From Octopus bimaculoides (Eukaryota): a stretch of DNA of 64,000 nt. Made by a program: the position numbers and the translations under genes. The notes beneath the pieces were generated by a model that was given only the letters and a program-made list of their open reading frames with translations, made no database searches and was not told the origin of the DNA. The DNA is taken from the NCBI RefSeq assembly GCF_001194135.2, contig NC_068988.1, positions 51,482,689 to 51,546,688 of the forward strand. Reading direction: 5' to 3'. Positions 38,152-51,300 of the stretch are shown piece by piece. Each line of letters starts with the position of its first letter. The stretch's first letter is position 1.

Positions 38152-39954
38152 GTAAGAAAACCCATATCAGAATTTGATTCTTTTTGATTCTTTGAAAATC
38201 TTTCAATGTTTGGTGTCATGATATTTTATTGGTTTTTAAAAAATTTTTCTTTTAAATAAAATATCCATTGAAATATTAACGACCATTTTTGGAATTGTTT
38301 AATGGTGTATGCTTCTCAATAGGCAGCCTAATTTAAATAGGAAATGTAGACATTAGCTGCATATATTATTGTCATTGTTAGCCTTTATCATTTCAGTGCT
38401 GAATGTAAGAATACATTAATTCCACTAATTGTGTATGTGTGTGTGTGTGTGTGTTGAGTCTGATAAATTAATTGATGTTGATCATTTTATGTAATATATA
38501 TATATATATATATAAAAGAAACCAAATTAGAAAAATTTATAAAAATCTCTGCTAAAGAGGAAACTTTTTTGAATGTAAATACTCCTGTATTGACATAGAA
38601 TAGTATGTTTGCTATTAAGAGAAGTATTTCTTTTGTAAATAGGGAAGAAGAACGCATATTACTGATGGAAGTAGTGTGGTTTGTGTTTGTGTAATGTTAG
38701 AATGACTTAAAAGAGGTTATTTTTTATTTGTTTATTTATTATAAATTTGCTAAAATAGGAAGGGCATCATCTCTCTCACCTTTATTGGCCCATCCTAGAT
38801 TGGTGATATTGATGTAGTTGATCTATATATGGAAAATGTGGGCATGCTTGAGAGAATTCCAGAAAACTTTAGGAAGGATGATAGGGCAAATTGTTTAGTT
38901 TAAGGTCTAGGTTTTGGACATAGACTGGAAAGAGAAACAATATATCTATGAGGCGTAGTTGCGATCAAGTTAATGACCGAATATCTGTCGGTTTGATGTC
39001 CATGTTAATTTTTTTGTTTTGTTTTTTTATGTAATCTAGGATGTGTGTGTATGTGTATAGCTATAAATTGAATGGCTGTTGTTTCTGAAATCCAAGAAGT
39101 TAACTAGATCCTAATTCTATCTTTAAACTCCTTTCAAACATTGGTTCACATCAGTTTCTAAATCATATAAAGATCATTGATAAACTAGTCACTCACACAT
39201 TTTTGAAGCATTGTTTAACTGTATGCTCCTTCTGATCCTTTTACCATATCAACCTGGGCTCTTTCAAACATGCTACCATTATGTAAGCTTATTTAATGCA
39301 TCTGCTTCTCATCATAGTGCTTCACCACCCCCAACTCTCTCTCTCTCTCTCTCTCTCAAACCTAACTTACCTGAGCTACACCTTTATGGAACTTCCTTTC
39401 TCATCTCCTCTCCAGTACAATCAATTTAGACATGAACCACATTAAGTTCATTCAGTCAGTCATATCTCCTATGTAGAGAGGGATGAGAAGACAATGAACC
39501 CTGTTCCTGTAGCTCTCATCAACTATTTGTTTCTTGTATTTATTGAGTTTTATGAAAAGAGAGGATGAAGTGACTTTGGTATGATTTGGACCAAAAGCTG
39601 TATGACACTGATCTACTTTCCAGTTGTACAGCCTGCAATGCCTGAGTCTACCAAATTTTAAACACAACTATTCTGTGGCTGCCTGTGTACTGAATTTTCT
39701 GGCATTCAAGTTAATATAGTATATAAAGTGTAAACACGAAGCATAAACATTCAGACATCATCAATATCTTTCCAAATCCTGCTGCATTTTGCATGGGATT
39801 TTTGGCCCTACAATGTCGTCTTGGTGTCTATCAACTTAACTATTTTGGCCTAAAAAATTCAAGTTGTATGCTGAAAAATACAGTAACACACTGTATCTAT
39901 TGAAAATACTTGTCTTATTGTAATACATGACGTTTTTACTTTTTTTTTCTTCAG

Positions 39955-40033
39955 AACACAAATTTGAACCTGAACCCAGTTGTTACCAACCTTATAATCA
40001 AGCTGTAGACCAAGGATCAACATCACATAGCTA
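39955..40033 (+). CDS. RNF220: RNF220 exon 9 (linker): (E)HKFEPEPSCYQPYNQAVDQGSTSHS
   Basis: Strong tttttacttttttttcttcag| and |gtaagt; phase 1 to 2; stop-free. Confidence 0.75.
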
Positions 40034-41651
40034 GTAAGTAGAGTATATGTTACAATTAGGTTTTCTCCTTTTACTCTCCTCTTCTCAAAAAATGTACACA
40101 CACACATACACTGTCCACAAAATGGCTGACAACTCAGTCAAATAAGACTAGTGTGTATATATGTGTGTGTTAGCACTCATATACACTCACTGATTGTCAT
40201 ATCTTAATTGAGTATTAACTTTGTATATAAACATAGACATTCCCCACTTTTTTCATTTGTTTGTATATCTTCTGTGAATATAGTTTGCCAGTGGTTGCTC
40301 AGAACTGGAATAAGTTGAAACAATGAGCATGTAGAATCTCTGGTAGAGAGGCAGTACTTTAGCTGTACCAGATGTAATAACATGTCTAACAATAAATACT
40401 CTAATGGTTCGCTGGGAGTAGTAAAGCAAGTCGTGTCACTGACGCAACATAGTGTTGGAGGCAGATCAAGTGGTATTATTGTGGCTCAGGTTGACAACAA
40501 AGTGTTTTTTTATTACACATGTAAGAAGTGCAATGATATGAGAGGGAAACATGAACAATGATGTTAGACATTTTAAACACCACTTTGAGACAGGATTTTA
40601 AAGATATTAGCCAATATATACTGGGTCATATATACAGATGACTTCAGTTGTATATGCAGGTAAAGTGGTTGGAAAACAGATGTTTAAAGAAGAGATCCCT
40701 CTGTGAATGTGGGTGGGGGAAAACTTAAGAAGAAATGGTAAGTATGTTAGACTTCACAGATGAGGTGAGACAGAATGGAAGAGGCTTTATTGGATGTCTT
40801 CATCAACTTCTTATTTGAGGTGAAATAGCAATAACAATAGTAACAATGTTTAGATTAGTCTTGAATTATGAATCTTACTAACAAAAAACAAACTTTAGAG
40901 GGAAACTTAACTCATAACATACCATCACTTTATCTGGGAGTTGTATTAATGTCCAATCTAATTAATGCTACATAGAGAAAAATCTTCTACACAGGGGAAA
41001 AACAGTATCTTACTTAGAAACCGGTGAGGGTTGGCAGCAGAAAAAGCATCCAGGTAGAGAAATCTGTTACACAAAGTGCTAAGTATTATGACAATGATGA
41101 TGATGATGTGTGTGTGTGTGTGTGTATACACATGTATACATATTATTTTTATTGGTGCGGGCATGGTGGTGGTGGTAGTGACAGCAAGTTGAATCACAAA
41201 TATTTGCTGACCAGTCACAGGACAGAATAATTTCTTATATTTCCTCAATCAGCAACAACAAGCTGGTTTAATTTCAGTGACACTCTCTTATGTTTCCATT
41301 TCCTCTCTTTAACAAGACAACACCTTAAAATGTATCCTTTGGTACCCACCCTGATACGCCGACATGCTCTCCTAAAATATCACTTTTAGTTACTTTAATT
41401 ACTGCTAATACACTGACTAACCTGTCATGTCAAGCCACTCAGTAACTTCAATAGTTGAGTGATCATCCATTCATAGAGTCACGTGTTTTGTTATTTAACA
41501 CTGACAGCTAACTTCCAATTTCAGGTGCAACTGTAATCCAAAACAGTCTCTAAGTTTTAAATATTCCTTATGTTGTTAATTTTCTCTCTTTTTTTATCCT
41601 ATTTTGTTTCTTGATGTAATTGATCCTCATCCAATTAATTGTCTATTGTAG

Positions 41652-41766
41652 TGACCCTCGCACTGCAACTAATTCTTCACAGCGGATTATATCTGCACTG
41701 AAATGTCGCTTGAAGGAGAAAGAAGAAGAAAAAACTGAAGAGAAACATAAATGTTTGATCTGCATG
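41652..41766 (+). CDS. RNF220: RNF220 exon 10: (Y)DPRTATNSSQRIISALKCRLKEKEEEKTEEKHKCLICM (coiled coil + RING start)
   Basis: attgtag| and |gtatgt. Matches vertebrate ALKARVRELE...KCLICM. An alternative acceptor at cacag|41683 is possible but phase-incompatible. Confidence 0.92.
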
Positions 41767-42759
41767 GTATGTAGCATAGTTTCAAATCTTCCCCTTCCCC
41801 GTAATAGTAATATTAAAACAACTTCTGGCCAATTATTGGTTCAATAGTTACACATTTATTTTTTTCCATATTAGCAGCATAAGTAAGATCGTTGTAACTT
41901 TGAGTTGTCTGTTCAACTACATCAAGTTAATTATATAATTCAAATTTACCTTCGCAAATTTAGGCATCAAACTCTATAGAATTGTAGAAAGAAGAATTTA
42001 TGCATGTAGATGTGTTAAATGTGTGAGAGAGAGAGAGATAGAATGATTGGGGAAATCTGATATTGCAATTTGGACATTTGTGTGCATGCATACTGGAAAT
42101 AAAGGAAATATTCTAATCATCTTTTATTTTTCATACTGGCATGGGTTGGATTATACTTAATGAGCCAGTCTTTTACAACTGGCATCCCTTCCTATTGCTA
42201 TTAGAATGATACACAATGTAAAGCCTCTTTCTCATAGATATGGATGTATATTTGATTCAATGTCTGAAAAATGAAAATTTCAGACTGTTACCATATTTCT
42301 AATTTAGGGAAAGTTACTGAATGAAACTATAATTTTCCAGATTTTTAACAGCAGTTTTAGAGTGTATATTTTTGATATTTAAAAGGTTTGATCTTCAGTT
42401 GTCATACTGTGTCTTATTATCTACATAATTCCAGACTAGAAACTTTTATTTCTAAACTAATAATAACTAATAGCACTCTTATCAACTGGACCATTGCTTT
42501 GTAAACTTACTTCCTAACCTCTTATTGTCAGACAATATTAATTAAGAAATTTCTGATATCAAACTCAGGAAACCCAATGTAGATACACAAGACCATACAA
42601 AATTGTAAATGCTTGATTGTGTTTTCTCTCAAAGATTTTTAAAGTACATAGCATCATTAAATGTTGTCTCTGGTGCAAATTGCAGATATGAGATGAAAGC
42701 AAGAGCAAAACAAGAGTAGTCTATCTAATTGATTTGTTCTTGTTCAATTTTATATTTCA

Positions 42760-44095
42760 GTTCAGTTTATATTTCATACACATATTTTGTCATTGGACTG
42801 CAGTCATGATAGAGCACTGCCTTATAGGATTTTTCGTCAAACAAATCAACCCCAATACTTTCCTTTAAAGTTTGATAAGTTACTTTTGCTAAGCCCTTAA
42901 GTTCTGGGGACATAAACAAACATTGGTTATCAAGTGGTGGTAGGAGACAACACAAGGACATGCGTGTGTTGACCTTCACTATTTGCTTCTCTCTCTCTCT
43001 CTCTATTTGTAAGTATATATATATAGGGATATATAAATAGAAAGAGAGAAGCAAACAGTGAGAGTTATCAAATGAGATCCAGAGACGCTCAATATAGAAA
43101 AGACTCTGTAGTGCTCAAATGATTTGAACTTACATTCCAAAATCTTTATCAGGGACTAATTCTATGATGTAAAGAGTGACTATAAGAAGATCCAGGTGAG
43201 CAGATATGGCAACAATGATGCAAATAAACACAGTTGGGTTTGATACATAATATCATCATCATCATCATCATCATCGTTTAATGTCCGCTTTCCATGCTAG
43301 CATGAGTTGGACAATTTCACTGAGGACTGGTGAACCAGATGGCTACACCAGGCTCCAATCTGATTTGGCAGAGTTTCTACAGCTGGATGCCCTTCCTAAC
43401 GCCAACCACTCCGAGAGTGTAGTGGGTGCTTTTACATGCCACCATCATGAGGGCCAGTCAGGCGGTACTGGCAACAGCCACGCTCAAAATGGTGTATTTT
43501 ACGTGCCACCTGCACAGGAGCCAGTCCAGCGACACTGGCAACTATCTCGCTCGAATGTCTTACACGTGCCACCGGCAAAAATATATATGCATATATGCTT
43601 GTAAGTATATATATATAGGGATATATAAATAGAGAGAGAGAGAAGCAAAAGCTGAAAGTATTCATATATATTTATATATTTACAAAATAGATTTACATGG
43701 AATACAAAGGTGTGAGCATTCCATCTGCCAACATTATGGCTATACATAATTCCGAGCCCCAAGAAACAGCTGTTGGACCTGAAATACCACACCCTTTCCC
43801 CTTAGTTTTCTGTGCCTTTGTACTCCATGTAAATTTGTTCTATAAATATATGAATATCTATATGCTTATGCATGAATGTTTTCAGTTTTTGTTTCTCTAT
43901 ATGTTCATTTGTTTATTTGCATCATTTTACATGTGTGTGTGTATGTGTGTGCATATATATAACTGCCTTCCTTACAACAGTTTCCATTTACCAAATTCAT
44001 ACACGAAGCATAGGTTCGCCCAGAGCTATAGCAGAACTGAACATAAAACCATGTGGTTGCAAAGCATGCTTCTTAACCACATAGTCATGCCCACA
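42760..44095 (-). mobile_element. SINE family A split by nested insertions (tail 42760-42965, head ~43955-44095)
   Basis: Both halves are on the minus strand in the correct order; about 1 kb of other repeats sits at the internal microsatellite position. Confidence 0.65.
43253..43577 (-). mobile_element. Retroposon family E
   Basis: Reverse complement of 34889-35174. Confidence 0.88.
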
Positions 44096-44189
44096 CCTTC
44101 TTGTGTGTCTGTTTTGATAAACACGCAAACAAATTTAAGTATCCTCCATGAAATTCTAAGTAATTTTCATGCCCTAGTCCTTTTCACAG

Positions 44190-44595
44190 GTAGTGTAAAC
44201 CTATAGTTGGAAAGAGTAGACGCAAGAGCACCGACAAATGAAATGCAGTATAAATATTGTAATTACAATGTAAAGATTAGATTGATTGTCCTGAAATAGA
44301 TAATTTTATTAATAGTAATTCAACTCAAATATTTAGAAAATGAAAGTGGATTGGTAGCACAATTAGAAAGGACACACCAAATGCAGCGAAAAGCGCTTTA
44401 CAGTGGAATCCAGATGGATATAGAAAGAGGAGTAGGCCTAAGAACTCGTGGTGTAGATCAACACAAAAGGAACTAGAGAGAGGGGGACATTCATGGCAGA
44501 GTATAAGTACAGAAGCGAGAAATTGTGTGACATGGAATTCAATTATAAGTGGCCTATACTCCGCGTTGGAGGGTTAAAGGCAAGAAAAAAAAAAT
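44190..44595 (+). mobile_element. 5'-truncated RTE-clade LINE remnant (ORF2 C-terminus) with A-rich tail
   Basis: Translates as RK*KWIGSTIRKDTPNAAKSALQWNPDGYRKRSRPKNSWCRSTQKELERGGHSWQSISTEARNCVTWNSIISGLYSALEG*, the WIGHxLRK...ALxWNPxGxRKRGRPxxxW pattern of RTE-type reverse transcriptases; followed by an A-run. Confidence 0.85.
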
Positions 44596-44775
44596 ATTTA
44601 GACATGTAATCATTAAACTAGTACCAAAAATAGGTTTCATTATCATCCCAGTGGTTTCAGTAAACTGTTATTCTTACTTGGTTTCTTTTTCGCAAACCTG
44701 TACACATCAGTTATTATATGCTTGCTTTGTTAATGTCAATTCGTTATTTATTAACAGTGTAACATTTGTTTTCAG

Positions 44776-44850
44776 GAATCATATAAAGTCCCTTTAACAT
44801 CAGTCCAATGTTGGCATGTCCACTGTGAGCAGTGTTGGCTGAGGACTCTA
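44776..44850 (+). CDS. RNF220: RNF220 exon 11: ESYKVPLTSVQCWHVHCEQCWLRTL (RING core)
   Basis: ttttcag| and |gtaagt. Near identical to vertebrate DSYSMPLTSIQCWHVHCEECWLRTL. Confidence 0.97.
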
Positions 44851-46560
44851 GTAAGTCTTTATTTTGTGTTTCATTCATTATTAGACATTCAACTTCACAA
44901 TATCAGTCAGTTTCAAGGTTGTGTGTGTGTGTTACAATTCATTGTTGGTATTTGATGATGACATCAGAGAATATAACATTTCCATTTCTTCTCTAATAAA
45001 TCTGAGGTCTCATGCTTATGTTAGGATTTTCTGTGAGACTAAAACACTAAACTGTGACTAATATGGTCTGGAGTTCTAAACCTTATTACTATCTTACTTC
45101 TTTGAGTCTTCTTATTCCAATTATGCAACAACAATACAGGCTGTACAACCCATGTATAGGAGAAATGTATATAGAACATTAGATATATGTAAAAAGCTTT
45201 CAAATATTTCATAATGCTACAGTCATTGAATTGAGCAGTTACAACTCTTAAGATACATATAAGACATCATGTACCTTGTATAAGAAATATTTATTAGCAT
45301 ACAGTGTGCTTCTGTCAGAGAAACAACTATGATTGAATTCTCTAAATTTTTTATTGAAAACATTAGATTATTATTTTATAAAGACAATATATTGTCATTT
45401 GTATTAAAACTACTACATTACTTATCCTTATATATCAATCTTTTGTTGTGGTAGTTTGAAGGTAGATCAATGACTAATGAAACTAAATGCATTGAAGTAT
45501 TCAGTCCAACACTGTCACTCCACCAGCTTGCAAAAACCATAGGGTAATGTGATCCTGACTACACTGTGTCTGGAAAAAGACAGGGCAGTAAAGACTAGAA
45601 TGTCTCTGATAACTGGTCTGCTGAATAAAGACTGACCTACAGCTAAACATCACCAAAAATAACTAGCAGAATATTCACTTCCAATGTACCATCTTTCACC
45701 TGTTTATTTCAACAGTCAGTGGTTCCTCTATTGGTGATTCCACAGTGTTTAGAGGTGATAATCCCACCTAGATGTGAAAGATACCCACCCAATATTGAAG
45801 ACTTGTGTGTGATGATTTAATGTGGAGTTGCCTATTACATACTGACTACTATGACACAATCAGATCTTGAATCTGTATCAAATGATAAAGTGAACCCAGG
45901 AAAATTGACAGACACTAATTTGAAATAGATGAACTCATTCTTATTCTTTGCAAACAGTTATGGTAGGTTAATGTAAGATAAGTGTTATATCTAGAAACCC
46001 AACAAAATGCTAGCAGCAAATTTTGATTTATGATCTGTTAATAAATTGTCATATCTACTCAGCCATCTCATTCTCATTAAATTTTCCATTAACTACATTA
46101 AGCTTTCAATGGATGTTTCCCTGCCAACATTATAAACTGTTCTCTGACCCTGCTGTGTTATATTCACCATTCTTACATGAAAGTTTTTCATTTATTCATA
46201 CGTTTGACTGTGGCATGGAGAAGTTACCAATTCAGATGTAGAATTTGTCTGTTCCCCTTGCATTGCTATTGAATAACAGCTGTAATGTTGTTACAACAGC
46301 TTTTCTCCCACACTCCTTAAATATAGATGATGATGTATATGTAGGTGTATTATATGTTAACAAATGTCTATATATTTACTAAATATTAATTTGTAATGCA
46401 AATGTCCAGCTAGCAATGGATATGTAATTCAAGTCCCTTCAATAATACTGTCTACAATTGCTGCCTAAAATACTTAATACTACTTTATGTTGAAAATCTG
46501 TGCAACTAATTAATTCATTATCTTACATTGTTTTGTTTCTTTTTTTCCATTTTTTGCCAG

Positions 46561-46632
46561 GGAGCCAAGAAGTTGTGTCCACAGTGTAATATGATTACAT
46601 CTCCATCAGATCTCCGGCGAATATTTTTGTAG
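46561..46632 (+). CDS. RNF220: RNF220 last exon: GAKKLCPQCNMITSPSDLRRIFL*
   Basis: tttttgccag|; TAG stop at 46630-46632. Matches vertebrate GAKKLCPQCNTITAPGDLRRIYL. Confidence 0.97.
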   Translation, partial: GAKKLCPQCNMITSPSDLRRIFL

Positions 46633-46983
46633 CAGATTTTCTCCCCCATTAACCTCACACAACTAGCTCTCTCTTTTTTATTATTTATTTTTAATTATGA
46701 TTGTGTATAATTTACTCTTCATACACAGTACAAAAACACTCACTCACCCACACACCACGTCATTGTCCCTCCATAAGTCAGCTATTCTAATTACATTGTG
46801 GTGTCTTTCCAATTCCGGATACAGAGAACTGTGCTAACTCATCAGGAACAAATGGCAACAGAACTCTCTTGAATCCTTGACCAAACAGAAAATCACAATA
46901 ACACGAATACTTAACACACTTTCTTACCCTCTGGTTCTAGCAAGATCACCAGATGTGAGGACTGATTTGCAGATTTTAACAAT

Positions 46984-46989
46984 AATAAA
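46984..46989 (+). terminator. First canonical AATAAA after the RNF220 stop (candidate polyA signal)
   Basis: AATAAA about 350 nt downstream of the stop in A-rich context. Several more lie downstream, so the real site is unknown. Confidence 0.3.
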
Positions 46990-48375
46990 AAAAATATATA
47001 AAATTAAAAACAAATAAAAAATATATCAAAGAATTTATCCATTCGGGTAATACAAAAAAAGAAAAAAAGAAAAGGAAACTTATCTGCATTCTCTTGAATG
47101 CGAAATACCTTTTTGGATATTATACACCTCTCGGATCTTTAAATCTGTTAGTGATCTTGAGGTAAAAATCACAAAGTAGATTCCACTTTATATAATTCTC
47201 TCTACTATTTTGACATCATAAAACCTTTGCTCCAACATTTCTTTTTCTGCCTTTTATTTTTCTACTTTGACAACAACTCTAGTTTCAGGTAAAAACACTC
47301 AAACATAACAAGGGAGACAACCTTGTAGTGTTTTGATAATTCTTTGCCATCATTTTAATATCTTCTACAAATACCACCAAATGTTATCATAGTTTGTTAT
47401 GATCATAGAAAATAAATGAGGGGTTTAATCAGTTCATTGATTACTTAAAGATACTGAAGAGCTGATCATGAAAAATTATAGATTTTACATATCCTAAAAT
47501 CTATTCACTGTGGTAAAGACAAACTTTTCAGAGTAATGAAAAATGTTTTAGACACCTGTTTAGCCAGATATTGGATACACCAAATGAGGTCTGATCTAAG
47601 AAAGTAACTACTAGTATTACCCTTTGCAGCAGTCTTTGATTATCAGTACTATAGGGTATTTTTTCTGGGTATGTAAGATGAGTGTTGTGCACCCTACCAA
47701 ACATGGTAAATTCATCATAAATATTGAGCTCAGTCATTAATATAATCATGAATCATAATAAGAAAGTAAATTTTCTGTCTCTTTTTATGAAATATTATGA
47801 CAGTTGTTCTGAGGGACCCTGCATACATCACAAGTAGTCATATCATAATATGAATAAGGCTGTTGGCAGGATAATGTGAGTGGCAACAACAGGAATGAAA
47901 AGCAAGTGGCATTTCACCTGTATACATCCTGTTTAACCTTTGCTTTTACACTACTCTGTAATAAATATACTTTTCCTTTCATGTACCTCTGACTAAGTTA
48001 ACTATTTGAATTTATTTACCCTGCCTCTCCTTGCTTCTTTTAAATTGTATCAGACTCTTTCTTATTCACTATCACACACCTCTCTAATAAACACTACAGT
48101 TTCTTGATCAGAAATTCTCTGTATAAATTTGTCAGGAATTAACTGAAACAAATTTTCTTTATAATAATTCTGTTCATGCAATATTATATCATCTGGTTGT
48201 GATTTTGTTTTCAAATTTAATGAAACACATTGAAAACAAAAGATTAGTATGCTTCAGTTTATTCATCAATGATTTTTTTGGTATTATTGTCCAATGCGTA
48301 GAAATTCTCAGAGCTTCTACAAGTTAGCTACGTAAATGGTCATCAAGAATTTAGAAGATTGTAACCGTTTGTAAT

Positions 48376-48625
48376 GTGGAGGCACGTGGCTTAGTGGTTA
48401 GGGTGTCAGCATCATGATTGTAAGATTGTGGTTTCGATTCCTGGACCGGGCGATGCGTTGTGTTCTTGAGCAAAACACTTCATTTCACGTTGCTCCAGCC
48501 CACTCAGCTGGCAAAAACGAGTAACGCTGCGATGGACTGGCGTCCCATCCAGCTGGGGAACACATACGCCATAGAAACCGGGAAACCAGGCCCATGAGCC
48601 TGGCGAGGCTTTAAAAGGACGCATT
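48376..48625 (+). mobile_element. tRNA-derived SINE family C (CORE-like plus V-like block)
   Basis: A-box TGGCTTAGTGG, B-box GGTTTCGATTCC, ttgagcaaaacactt, ctgcgatggactggcgtcccatccag; CpG-rich, so probably young. Confidence 0.85.
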
Positions 48626-50875
48626 TATTTTTATTTAACTGTTTGTAATGATATACAAATTGTCCTTGAATGGGTCATAAAATTACTCTTAATGAAGCAG
48701 GTAGCATACCAGCTAAGAAAATAAAACCATTCAGGAAGAAGTAAAATGATTTAAGACTGAATGACTTTTAATCTTCTAAGAATGTAATAAGGATGAAATT
48801 GAACTGCATTGGCATGCACAACCTTGGAACAACCAAGCCAGTTTCTACACATGGCTGTAAATTTTAGTAAAGAACGTTTTTCAACATTGTGTTATACAAA
48901 TGCAACATGACATACACCTTTTTAAGTTAGTGGTGATGGATAGGTTAGCACATCCACATGTTTCGAAAGACACAGTGCACCAGATACCTGAGCATTATTT
49001 TTATTATCATTCCAAAAAAATTGGTTCAACAGGCATATTTTCAGTGACTTGTTTTTCTCATCTCATTCCTGTCCTGCAATCCACAAACACCAGGAAGGTG
49101 TTCTCAAACTTTAAAAAAAAGATGGTGAGGTTATTACATGTAAGAAATATGAGTAGTAAAAGAGAACATGGCTGCATTGTCTGGTATATATGTAATACAT
49201 GATGCATGAAATTGTTTAGGCAAAGATAAGTTTTGAGTGAGCAAATCTACAATCTTAGGTGTTACAATTACAACCATATCATTTCTATTTGAGGTTTAGT
49301 ATGTTTAGAAGTAGATTATCCAATGAATTTTTTTTTAAAGACTAGATTGTGATTTTGAGGGAAATTTGGCTGCTATTTTTACCATACCAAGTGACCCTGT
49401 AGGGGCTCTCATTTTGTGATGTTTGATGATAGTGGAGATAGGACAGATGAGATTAGAGAGAATTGGTAAAAGAGATATATGATATTGCAGTCTTTCTGCT
49501 CACAAATCTTCATATTATATTCTTCCATTTTTAAGAAAAGGCAGGATAGTCATAGCTGGCATGCTTTTAATCATGGTTAACTCGGGCCTAAACAATAATC
49601 TAAATTATGTTTGTAATGTAGACACAAGGCTACGAATTGTGGAGAAGTAATTGATTGAATGACACCAATACATGACTGATAGGGCCTCTCATGCTGGACA
49701 GATCAAGGACAGAGGCCAGACTAATATGAACCAACTCATCCCAGAGGTAAAAACAGATCTGGTTGGGCCAACGCGCCTATGTAGAAAGGAAGCAAAGTTA
49801 AAGAAGCATCACTGACAATTCAAAGCCAAGAAAATCAGGAGGAGAAAGGCCTTCCCTCAGGGAAACATGATGCAATGATTTGCATTTAGTCTGTTGCTGG
49901 AAGAACTGTGCAACCAAGCATCTTCTAAAACTCAGCCCTGAGTTAAGAACAGTAGAGAAAAGTCATCGATGGCTGTGCTCCTAAGGGAGTGAAATGCTTG
50001 TAAGTATCAAGATAGGTGGAGAGATTTGTACACAGATTTTGTTTTACTTGCCCCTGTATGGGAATCAAATTTTTCAAACCTAACTACATTGTTTATCCGA
50101 AATTTGGACAGATGTCTGAATCATTCATACATACTAAGAATTCTATGATACTAAACCAGAAACCTTTAAATTATGTTAGTGCCCTGGCTACGTTAGCATC
50201 TTTAGAAATGTGAAAGTCAAATACAAGCCTTTAGAAACAAATATATAGTGTGTGTAATAAAAAGGCTGGGTTTGGTTATTTGCAATGGTTAAAACACCTG
50301 AATTAATCACATGGTTATATATAATGATTGGAGAGAAAGAAATTTATTAATGTCGGCCTCTGGAAAAGGAAGTAAGGGAGATAACTTCAGACCGTTTTTT
50401 TTCCAACGACTTCTAAGCCATCGTCGACGCTTAAATATTGGAAATAATCAAACCCCTTTTTATTTCGTAAATATATGGTCAGCGCCTACTTAAATTAGCA
50501 AATATATTTACATATAGCTACTAAATGTGTATGGAGCCTTTGGAAGGCCTAGGATGAAGTAGAGAAGACTGACCTCAGGTTGTGCAATTTCACAATGGAA
50601 ATGACAAAAGGATTAAGAAGATTACTGATTCACTTTGCTCAAGATCCACTATCTCAACAACAAATAAAGAAAATAGGTCCTAAATGCTTATCATTTATGT
50701 CTATTCCCTCTGTACCAAGCCTTACCCACGAATCATCTTCATAACATCCATCCTACCTTTATCTTTCTGACTATAGCACTATTTCCTCAGCTGCTGTAAT
50801 TATACAAAGTCAGAAATGCACATATTTCACACACCCCACCACCACTTTTGTGCTACTTGTTATTCTTCTCTTTGG

Positions 50876-51093
50876 AACTGAGAACTGGTGGACCAGGTGG
50901 CTACACCAGGCTCCAATCTGATTTGGCAAAGTTTCTACAGCTGGAGGCTCTTCCTAACGCCAACCACTCCGAGAGTGTAGTGAGTGCTTTTACGTGCCGC
51001 CGGCACGAAGGCCAGTATATTGCAGTAAAATAGTATTTTTAATTGAAAACTAATCTTAAACAGTCTGCATAAAGGGTGTGTAGATGTGTTTGG

Positions 51094-51133
<40 letters not shown>

Positions 51134-51300
51134 GTATTTTATGTGCCACCTGCTCAAGAGCCAGTCCAGGGGCACTGGCAACTATCTCGCTTGAAAATCC
51201 TACGAAGGCCAGTCAGGCGGTACTGGCAATGGCCACGCTCAAATGGTGTATTTTACATGCCACCTGCACAGGAGCCAGTCCAGCAGTACTGACAACGATC
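50876..51300 (-). mobile_element. Retroposon family E, rearranged and interrupted by a ~120-bp insert
   Basis: Family E sequence on both sides of 51017-51136. Confidence 0.85.

Larger units (their letters stand above)
5058..46632 (+). other. RNF220: RNF220 gene span (3' partial; 12 coding exons, 988 nt, 328 aa + stop)
   Basis: Manual splicing of 12 AG/GT-bounded exons gives one stop-free frame with consistent intron phases. The peptide matches vertebrate RNF220 motifs recalled from memory (RYx-TxxRxxxNRQxRL, EEYxWxGQxRIRATT, LxVDGDD...YGKPQY, RING CLICM...QCWHVHCExCWLRTLGAKKLCPQC...DLRRI). Confidence 0.95.

Noticed and set aside
40630-40651. 22-nt phase-compatible micro-exon (atgacttcagttgtatatgcag)
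   Set aside because: No pyrimidine tract; exon 9 (39955-40033) fills the same phase slot with far better splice sites.
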